DNA from: Syntrophorhabdaceae bacterium
Lineage (GTDB): Bacteria > Desulfobacterota > Syntrophorhabdia > Syntrophorhabdales > Syntrophorhabdaceae
Assembly: GCA_963666485.2 (NCBI GenBank)
Contig: CAXXUO010000001.1
Coordinates: 960,001-1,024,000 of the forward strand
Length of the DNA stretch: 64,000 bases
Direction of reading: 5' to 3'
The position numbers were made by a program, and so were the translations under genes. Below, piece by piece: positions 9,681 to 18,152 of the stretch; the first letter of the stretch is position 1; the number at the start of each line of letters is the position of its first letter. The notes under the pieces are model-generated. The model had not been told where the DNA came from. It made no database searches and was given only the letters and a program-made list of their open reading frames with translations.

Positions 9681-11111
9681 GGCCAGTGATGAACTACCTC
9701 ACCACCACAAAGTTCTCTTTCTCCTCCGATGCCCTGCCCCCGGACACGTTCGGTGTTGTGAGGTTCGCCGGGTCGGAGGGCCTGTCCGAGTGCTACACCT
9801 TCGAGGTCACCCTCGTGTCGGACAACCTGGAGATAGACCTCCAGGCGGTGATGGAGAACCCTGCACGGCTCACGGTCCACCGGTCGGAGGGGGACGACGT
9901 CTCCTGGCGCGGCATCCTTCTGTCCTTCGAGCAGCTTCACGAGGTGGACAAGCTCGCCTTTTACCGGGCCCACCTCGTACCGAGACTGACATGGCTCTCC
10001 TTCACGCAGCACAACCAGGTCTTCCTCGACAAGTCGGTCCCGGAGATCATCGAGGGGTGTTTGAAGGACGGGGGACTCACGGGTGCGGACTTCGAGATGC
10101 GGCTTCAGGGCTCCTACGACCCCATCGAGTACGTCTGCCAGTACGGAGAGAGCCACCTTAACTTCATCTCCCGGTGGTGTGAGAGGGAGGGGATCTACTA
10201 CTTCTTCGAGCAGACGGACCAGGGGGAGAAGGTTATCTTCACCGATACCCAGATATCCCATGTGCCGCTCACCCAGGGGATGAACCTCACCTACTCTCCC
10301 CCTTCGGGGCTCGAGACGGGCCACGAGAGGGAGATCGTCCGGTCCTTCCACTGCAGGATGAACTTAACGCCCCAGAGCGTGCTTTTAAAGGACTACAACT
10401 ACCGCAAGCCCTCCCTCGACGTGTCGGGGAACGCGGACGTGGACGCGAAGGGGCGGGGCCAGGTCTACTCCTACGGGGACCACATCAGGACGCCCGAGGA
10501 GGGGACGAGGATAGCGAAGATCAAGGCCGAGGCGCTCCTCAGCAGGAAGGAGGTCTTCGAGGGCGAGGGGTCTGTCCCCTACATGGAGCCGGGGTACACC
10601 TTCACGCTGAAAGACCACTACCGGAAGAACTTCAACCAGTCCTACCTCGTCACCGGGGTGAGCCACGAGGGGAACCAGACGGGGTACCTTATCGCGGGCA
10701 TCACCGCGGGGGACGAACAGAGAGGGGTGTGGTACAGGAACTCCTTCTCCTCCATCGTGTCCACCGTCCAGTTCCGGCCTGAGCAGAAGTCCCAAAAGCC
10801 CCGGATCCCGGGGACGCTGACGGCGAAGGTCGACGCGGCGGGGTCCGGGCAGTACGCGGAGCTCGACAGCCAGGGAAGGTACACGGTCATCGTCCCCTTC
10901 GACACGTCGGGAAGGAAGGACGGGAAGGCCTCCGCCCCCGTACGGATGGCACAGCCCTACGCGGGGGGAGACCACGGGATGCACTTCCCCCTCCACAAGG
11001 GGACGGAGGTCCTGCTGACCTTCATAGAGGGGGACCCGGACAGGCCGATCATACAGTCGGCGGTGCCGAACCCGGAGCACCCGAGCCCGGTCAACGCGAA
11101 CAACGAGACCA
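9681..11111 (+). repeat. Long direct repeat copy 1 (vgrG 5' part; matches 13656-15086, and 15938-17360 from the ATG)
   Basis: Identical translations in several frames; breakpoint after AACGAGACCA. Confidence 0.93.
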
Positions 11112-13664
11112 AGTCGATGATAACAACGGCAAGCGGCAACAAGATACACATAGAAGACCGGGAGGGCTCTGAACGCATCCTTCTCCACACGCCGAAACAG
11201 AACACCTTTTACAGAATAGGTGCGCACAACGACCCCTCCCTCGACGATGAACCGCCTCCAACACAGACCCCGACCGAAGAAGAGACCCAGGAGGATGACG
11301 ACGACCGCAAGGCCGGGTTCGTTCCCCTTGACGACTCGAGACCTTCCGGCGTTTACGGAGCTGCAGGGGCTGCCGCCGGGGCTGCCGCGACCAGCGGCGG
11401 AGATGGGGGTGACGACACCCCGCCGACACCGACGGAAACTGTTACTGTTACCCAGACCGTAACTCCCACGCAAACTGTTACACCGACGCAGACTCAAACC
11501 GCTACTCCTACGGAAACTCAAACCGTCACGCCGACGCAGACGGTGACGCCCACTCAGACTGTTACTCCTACGGAAACGGTCACTCCGACGGAGACGGTGA
11601 CACCGACGCAGACTGTTACGCCTACGGAGACGGTCACTCCGACGCAGACCGTGACACCGACGCAGACTGAGACCGTTACGCCTACTCAAACCGTCACACC
11701 GACGGAGACGGTGACGCCAACGCAGACGGTGACGCCTACGGAGACGGTGACGCCGACCCAGACTGTTACGCCTACGCAGACAGAGACGGTGACGCCAACG
11801 CAAACACAGACGGTGACGCCGACCCAGACTGAGACCGTTACGCCTACTCAAACCGTCACTCCGACGGAGACGGTGACGCCTACGCAGACGGTGACGCCTA
11901 CGGAGACGGTGACGCCGACCCAGACTGTTACGCCTACGCAGACAGAGACGGTTACGCCAACGCAAACACAGACGGTGACGCCGACCCAGACTGAGACTGT
12001 TACGCCTACTCAAACCGTTACACCTACGGAGACGGTGACGCCCACCCAGACTGAGACTGTTACGCCTACTGAGACTGTTACGCCGACCCAGACTGTTACG
12101 CCTACGCAGACAGAGACGGTTACGCCAACGCAAACAGAGACGGTGACGCCGACCCAGACTGAGACCGTTACGCCTACTCAAACCGTTACGCCTACTCAAA
12201 CCGTTACGCCTACGGAGACGGTCACTCCGACGCAAACAGTAACCCCTACGCAGACAGAGACGGTCACTCCGACGCAAACCGTTACGCCGACCCAGACTGA
12301 GACCGTTACGCCTACTCAAACCGTTACACCTACGGAGACGGTGACGCCCACCCAGACTGAGACTGTTACGCCTACTGAGACTGTTACGCCGACCCAGACT
12401 GTTACGCCTACGCAGACAGAGACGGTTACGCCAACGCAAACAGAGACGGTGACGCCGACCCAGACTGAGACCGTTACGCCTACTCAAACCGTTACGCCTA
12501 CGGAGACGGTCACTCCGACGCAAACAGTAACCCCTACGCAGACAGAGACGGTCACTCCGACGCAAACCGTTACGCCGACCCAGACTGAGACCGTTACGCC
12601 TACTCAAACCGTCACTCCGACGGAGACGGTGACACCGACGCAGACCGTGACGCCTACGGAGACGGTCACTCCGACGCAGACCGTTACGCCTACAGAGACG
12701 GTTACGCCAACGCAAACACAGACGGTGACGCCGACCCAGACTGAGACTGTTACGCCTACTCAAACCGTTACACCTACGGAGACGGTGACGCCCACCCAGA
12801 CTGAGACTGTTACGCCTACTGAGACTGTTACGCCTACTCAAACCGTTACACCTACGGAGACCCAAACTGTCACGCCAACACAGACCGTGACGCCTACGGA
12901 GACGGTTACCCCGACACCGACCCAGACTGTCACTCCGACACCGACCCAGACTGTCACTCCGACACCGACGGTCACGACGGCGGAGCCAACCACCGAAGAG
13001 TCGAAGCCGGGGCCCGAGGACTGGGGGAACTGGGGAATTGCCAAAAAAACTAAAGGTTTCTTTGATATCCGCGCCGCCACGGAGAATGAAATCGTGATCG
13101 GCGAGTCCATAGAGGCCATCCTGGGACTCAGAAACGAATGGGCCCTCGTTCTCGCCGTCAACGCCGCCCTCGCAGGTGTCTGCGAGGTCCAGGTCCCGAA
13201 ACACAGGTTTCTCCACAACTTCAAACAGGTGGTGGAGAAGGACCACCTCGAGGCCAACGAGATACAAACGGTCCAGCACGGTATCCAGACCCGCTATACC
13301 GACAAGCTCCAGAACATCCGCGGGGCCCTGACCCACGTCTACGCCGACAGGCTGGATGCTCTTGACCGGTCTTCCCAGACGGCCGGTCAAAACGTCGTCG
13401 CCCTCGGCAACCATACCCAGGCCCTCGAGAATGTGGTGCAAACGGAAGGGCAGGTCGTCCAGTCGACCGTTGATGCCCTCCATGCCATGGGCAACCAGAT
13501 GCAGACGGCGGGCAAACCAGATGCAGACGGCGGGGCAAAGAATACGGGGCTCGGGCACGATCATGAGGGACGAGGGCGTTCGGCTCAATCAAACCAACAC
13601 CCAACAGGTCGAGGTGGCGGCCGTGGGGCTGCATAATGCCGGCGTCATATTCGAGGGCCAGTGA
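9689..13664 (+). CDS. vgrG: T6SS spike protein VgrG1 with ~525-aa Thr/Pro-rich insertion; apparent +1 frameshift near 13514-13516 (uncorrected ORF ends 13636)
   Basis: VgrG motifs GSEGLSECYTFEV, YVCQYGESHLNFISRWCEREGIYYFF, HFPLHKGTEVLLTFIEGDPDRPII; alternative frame ends with TGA overlapping the next ATG. Confidence 0.9.
11417..12995 (+). repeat. Coding tandem repeat of 18/24-bp units encoding (TVTPTQ/TVTPTE/TVTPTQTE)n
   Basis: Directly visible; region encodes almost only T, P, V, Q, E. Confidence 0.98.
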
Positions 13665-15211
13665 TGAACTACCTCACCACCACAAAGTTCTCTTTCTCCT
13701 CCGATGCCCTGCCCCCGGACACGTTCGGTGTTGTGAGGTTCGCCGGGTCGGAGGGCCTGTCCGAGTGCTACACCTTCGAGGTCACCCTCGTGTCGGACAA
13801 CCTGGAGATAGACCTCCAGGCGGTGATGGAGAACCCTGCACGGCTCACGGTCCACCGGTCGGAGGGGGACGACGTCTCCTGGCGCGGCATCCTTCTGTCC
13901 TTCGAGCAGCTTCACGAGGTGGACAAGCTCGCCTTTTACCGGGCCCACCTCGTACCGAGACTGACATGGCTCTCCTTCACGCAGCACAACCAGGTCTTCC
14001 TCGACAAGTCGGTCCCGGAGATCATCGAGGGGTGTTTGAAGGACGGGGGACTCACGGGTGCGGACTTCGAGATGCGGCTTCAGGGCTCCTACGACCCCAT
14101 CGAGTACGTCTGCCAGTACGGAGAGAGCCACCTTAACTTCATCTCCCGGTGGTGTGAGAGGGAGGGGATCTACTACTTCTTCGAGCAGACGGACCAGGGG
14201 GAGAAGGTTATCTTCACCGATACCCAGATATCCCATGTGCCGCTCACCCAGGGGATGAACCTCACCTACTCTCCCCCTTCGGGGCTCGAGACGGGCCACG
14301 AGAGGGAGATCGTCCGGTCCTTCCACTGCAGGATGAACTTAACGCCCCAGAGCGTGCTTTTAAAGGACTACAACTACCGCAAGCCCTCCCTCGACGTGTC
14401 GGGGAACGCGGACGTGGACGCGAAGGGGCGGGGCCAGGTCTACTCCTACGGGGACCACATCAGGACGCCCGAGGAGGGGACGAGGATAGCGAAGATCAAG
14501 GCCGAGGCGCTCCTCAGCAGGAAGGAGGTCTTCGAGGGCGAGGGGTCTGTCCCCTACATGGAGCCGGGGTACACCTTCACGCTGAAAGACCACTACCGGA
14601 AGAACTTCAACCAGTCCTACCTCGTCACCGGGGTGAGCCACGAGGGGAACCAGACGGGGTACCTTATCGCGGGCATCACCGCGGGGGACGAACAGAGAGG
14701 GGTGTGGTACAGGAACTCCTTCTCCTCCATCGTGTCCACCGTCCAGTTCCGGCCTGAGCAGAAGTCCCAAAAGCCCCGGATCCCGGGGACGCTGACGGCG
14801 AAGGTCGACGCGGCGGGGTCCGGGCAGTACGCGGAGCTCGACAGCCAGGGAAGGTACACGGTCATCGTCCCCTTCGACACGTCGGGAAGGAAGGACGGGA
14901 AGGCCTCCGCCCCCGTACGGATGGCACAGCCCTACGCGGGGGGAGACCACGGGATGCACTTCCCCCTCCACAAGGGGACGGAGGTCCTGCTGACCTTCAT
15001 AGAGGGGGACCCGGACAGGCCGATCATACAGTCGGCGGTGCCGAACCCGGAGCACCCGAGCCCGGTCAACGCGAACAACGAGACCATGTCGGCGATCACC
15101 ACAGCCGGGGGGAACAAGATCCACATCGAGGACAAGGAGGGGACGGAGAGGATCCTCATGCACTCCCCGAACCAGAAGAGCTTCATCCGTGTCGGGGCGC
15201 CGAACGACCCC
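13656..15211 (+). repeat. Long direct repeat copy 2 (13664-15211 matches 15938-17485)
   Basis: Match ends after GCGCCGAACGACCCC. Confidence 0.93.
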
Positions 15212-15916
15212 TCCTGGTGGAGCGACTACAAGGACCAGTGGAAGGAGTACGCCGACGGCGATGAATGGAACGCCCCTCCCGTCTTTGGCGGGATTGCCGA
15301 GAGCACCCAGGGGCTCCTCGACATCGAAACGAAGTGGGAGTTTTCCTTAATACTGGGCGAGTCCACGTCCACCGTTGCCGGGTTCCGCATGTGGTTCACC
15401 CTCCTTGCCGCCGTCGATGGCGTGCTCGGGGGAAGGGTGAACCTCCAGGCGCCCGACTCCTGGGCCCTGAAGAACGGCCATCACGAGGACGGTATTGACA
15501 ACCTGTACACGGCGGTCCGGGGCATTGTGTCTGCGGGGATCCGCCAGGACCTCGCCGTTGAGCGGAACGAACTGCTCGTTCACGAACGGGACCTGACCGT
15601 CCAGCGGACCCAGGCCGTGGGGAATCAAACGCAGCTCAGGACACAGACGATCGACAACAACGTCCAGAGGATCGACACGGCCCTGCAGAACACGCAGGCC
15701 CACGCGCAAACCCTGGTAACGACGGGAAACAACATCCGCGATTCGATCCAGGAGATCAACAGCATGGGCGCGCACCTGGATACCGCAGGCGACCATATGT
15801 CGAACGCGCTGCAGAACACCGAAACCCTTGGGGCCGCCGTCGAGAATGCGGGACTCTCCGTCACCGACGCCTCGGCCAATCTCACGCAGGCGGGAGGGCT
15901 TTTGCTGCGCAACTAG
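13664..15916 (+). CDS. vgrG: T6SS spike protein VgrG2
   Basis: N-terminal ~474 aa identical to VgrG1; own C-terminal tail. Confidence 0.95.
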   Translation: MNYLTTTKFSFSSDALPPDTFGVVRFAGSEGLSECYTFEVTLVSDNLEIDLQAVMENPARLTVHRSEGDDVSWRGILLSFEQLHEVDKLAFYRAHLVPRLTWLSFTQHNQVFLDKSVPEIIEGCLKDGGLTGADFEMRLQGSYDPIEYVCQYGESHLNFISRWCEREGIYYFFEQTDQGEKVIFTDTQISHVPLTQGMNLTYSPPSGLETGHEREIVRSFHCRMNLTPQSVLLKDYNYRKPSLDVSGNADVDAKGRGQVYSYGDHIRTPEEGTRIAKIKAEALLSRKEVFEGEGSVPYMEPGYTFTLKDHYRKNFNQSYLVTGVSHEGNQTGYLIAGITAGDEQRGVWYRNSFSSIVSTVQFRPEQKSQKPRIPGTLTAKVDAAGSGQYAELDSQGRYTVIVPFDTSGRKDGKASAPVRMAQPYAGGDHGMHFPLHKGTEVLLTFIEGDPDRPIIQSAVPNPEHPSPVNANNETMSAITTAGGNKIHIEDKEGTERILMHSPNQKSFIRVGAPNDPSWWSDYKDQWKEYADGDEWNAPPVFGGIAESTQGLLDIETKWEFSLILGESTSTVAGFRMWFTLLAAVDGVLGGRVNLQAPDSWALKNGHHEDGIDNLYTAVRGIVSAGIRQDLAVERNELLVHERDLTVQRTQAVGNQTQLRTQTIDNNVQRIDTALQNTQAHAQTLVTTGNNIRDSIQEINSMGAHLDTAGDHMSNALQNTETLGAAVENAGLSVTDASANLTQAGGLLLRN

Positions 15917-15937
15917 CGCAAAAGGAACTGAAAAGCC

Positions 15938-17485
15938 ATGAACTACCTCACCACCACAAAGTTCTCTTTCTCCTCCGATGCCCTGCCCCCGGACACGTTC
16001 GGTGTTGTGAGGTTCGCCGGGTCGGAGGGCCTGTCCGAGTGCTACACCTTCGAGGTCACCCTCGTGTCGGACAACCTGGAGATAGACCTCCAGGCGGTGA
16101 TGGAGAACCCTGCACGGCTCACGGTCCACCGGTCGGAGGGGGACGACGTCTCCTGGCGCGGCATCCTTCTGTCCTTCGAGCAGCTTCACGAGGTGGACAA
16201 GCTCGCCTTTTACCGGGCCCACCTCGTACCGAGACTGACATGGCTCTCCTTCACGCAGCACAACCAGGTCTTCCTCGACAAGTCGGTCCCGGAGATCATC
16301 GAGGGGTGTTTGAAGGACGGGGGACTCACGGGTGCGGACTTCGAGATGCGGCTTCAGGGCTCCTACGACCCCATCGAGTACGTCTGCCAGTACGGAGAGA
16401 GCCACCTTAACTTCATCTCCCGGTGGTGTGAGAGGGAGGGGATCTACTACTTCTTCGAGCAGACGGACCAGGGGGAGAAGGTTATCTTCACCGATACCCA
16501 GATATCCCATGTGCCGCTCACCCAGGGGATGAACCTCACCTACTCTCCCCCTTCGGGGCTCGAGACGGGCCACGAGAGGGAGATCGTCCGGTCCTTCCAC
16601 TGCAGGATGAACTTAACGCCCCAGAGCGTGCTTTTAAAGGACTACAACTACCGCAAGCCCTCCCTCGACGTGTCGGGGAACGCGGACGTGGACGCGAAGG
16701 GGCGGGGCCAGGTCTACTCCTACGGGGACCACATCAGGACGCCCGAGGAGGGGACGAGGATAGCGAAGATCAAGGCCGAGGCGCTCCTCAGCAGGAAGGA
16801 GGTCTTCGAGGGCGAGGGGTCTGTCCCCTACATGGAGCCGGGGTACACCTTCACGCTGAAAGACCACTACCGGAAGAACTTCAACCAGTCCTACCTCGTC
16901 ACCGGGGTGAGCCACGAGGGGAACCAGACGGGGTACCTTATCGCGGGCATCACCGCGGGGGACGAACAGAGAGGGGTGTGGTACAGGAACTCCTTCTCCT
17001 CCATCGTGTCCACCGTCCAGTTCCGGCCTGAGCAGAAGTCCCAAAAGCCCCGGATCCCGGGGACGCTGACGGCGAAGGTCGACGCGGCGGGGTCCGGGCA
17101 GTACGCGGAGCTCGACAGCCAGGGAAGGTACACGGTCATCGTCCCCTTCGACACGTCGGGAAGGAAGGACGGGAAGGCCTCCGCCCCCGTACGGATGGCA
17201 CAGCCCTACGCGGGGGGAGACCACGGGATGCACTTCCCCCTCCACAAGGGGACGGAGGTCCTGCTGACCTTCATAGAGGGGGACCCGGACAGGCCGATCA
17301 TACAGTCGGCGGTGCCGAACCCGGAGCACCCGAGCCCGGTCAACGCGAACAACGAGACCATGTCGGCGATCACCACAGCCGGGGGGAACAAGATCCACAT
17401 CGAGGACAAGGAGGGGACGGAGAGGATCCTCATGCACTCCCCGAACCAGAAGAGCTTCATCCGTGTCGGGGCGCCGAACGACCCC
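15938..17485 (+). repeat. Long direct repeat copy 3
   Basis: 1548 bp apparently identical to copy 2 from the ATG. Confidence 0.93.
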
Positions 17486-18151
17486 CCTTCAGATTATGCC
17501 GGGTTCAACATTTTCCCCGGTGTCGAAGGGATCAAGGAGCAGACCGACGGGGCCCTCGATATGACCGTCGGGTTCAAGAACGAGGTGATCCTGGGCTTGA
17601 TCACATCCATCGTATGCGGCTTCCGCGGGTGGTTCACGGTGGGATACCTCGTCGACATGTGCCTGGGCGGCAAGCTGGAGGTCCAGTTTCCCGAAATCTT
17701 TAATATACGGAATTTTCACGTGAATGTTAATGCTGACAACTGGGAGACTTACGCGAGCTGGTCGACGGCGGTCAGGACCTGGTGGCATTTCCTCGGGACG
17801 GAAAGCAAGGTGAAGGGCCAGCTGGTCCGGGCCTGCGAAGATCAGGTCCACACCGCGGAGGGAGATGTAAACGCCCAGATAAACCGGGTCGCGGCGGAGG
17901 AGCGGCGCATCACGACCACCGCGAACTCCGTGAAGACCAACATGCAGACTGTCACAGCCCAGGCAAACCAGATAGAGTCGATGGGCAACCACCTTGTGAC
18001 CGTCGGCGACGGTTTGGTCAGTGCCGGCGCAGAGCTTCAGACAACGGGAAATACGATCCGGCAGAGCGGCCAGGCTGCGCAGCTTGCCGGCACACAGATC
18101 AGGAACGGCGCGACCCTGGTCGATCAGGCGGCGACCCAGGTACAGGGATGA
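15938..18151 (+). CDS. vgrG: T6SS spike protein VgrG3
   Basis: First 516 codons match VgrG2; own C-terminal tail. Confidence 0.95.
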   Translation: MNYLTTTKFSFSSDALPPDTFGVVRFAGSEGLSECYTFEVTLVSDNLEIDLQAVMENPARLTVHRSEGDDVSWRGILLSFEQLHEVDKLAFYRAHLVPRLTWLSFTQHNQVFLDKSVPEIIEGCLKDGGLTGADFEMRLQGSYDPIEYVCQYGESHLNFISRWCEREGIYYFFEQTDQGEKVIFTDTQISHVPLTQGMNLTYSPPSGLETGHEREIVRSFHCRMNLTPQSVLLKDYNYRKPSLDVSGNADVDAKGRGQVYSYGDHIRTPEEGTRIAKIKAEALLSRKEVFEGEGSVPYMEPGYTFTLKDHYRKNFNQSYLVTGVSHEGNQTGYLIAGITAGDEQRGVWYRNSFSSIVSTVQFRPEQKSQKPRIPGTLTAKVDAAGSGQYAELDSQGRYTVIVPFDTSGRKDGKASAPVRMAQPYAGGDHGMHFPLHKGTEVLLTFIEGDPDRPIIQSAVPNPEHPSPVNANNETMSAITTAGGNKIHIEDKEGTERILMHSPNQKSFIRVGAPNDPPSDYAGFNIFPGVEGIKEQTDGALDMTVGFKNEVILGLITSIVCGFRGWFTVGYLVDMCLGGKLEVQFPEIFNIRNFHVNVNADNWETYASWSTAVRTWWHFLGTESKVKGQLVRACEDQVHTAEGDVNAQINRVAAEERRITTTANSVKTNMQTVTAQANQIESMGNHLVTVGDGLVSAGAELQTTGNTIRQSGQAAQLAGTQIRNGATLVDQAATQVQG

Positions 18152-18152
18152 T

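Noticed and set aside
11417..12995. Possible CRISPR array
   Set aside because: No unique spacers; in-frame coding repeat; no cas genes
10385..13588. 1067-aa minus-strand ORF rich in RRNSL/RRHRL repeats
   Set aside because: Antisense shadow of vgrG1; the tandem repeat simply lacks stops in that frame
13356..13664. Separate 102-aa ORF between vgrG1 and vgrG2
   Set aside because: Its C-terminal half is best explained as the frameshifted true end of vgrG1
9681..17485. vgrG repeats as template/variable repeats of a diversity-generating retroelement or as a shufflon
   Set aside because: Copies look identical rather than differing at adenines; no reverse transcriptase or site-specific recombinase in the window; all copies are full genes in direct orientation
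18021..18152. N-terminal extension of the DUF2169 ORF in the track
   Set aside because: Overlaps vgrG3; ATG 18153 right after the vgrG3 stop is the plausible start
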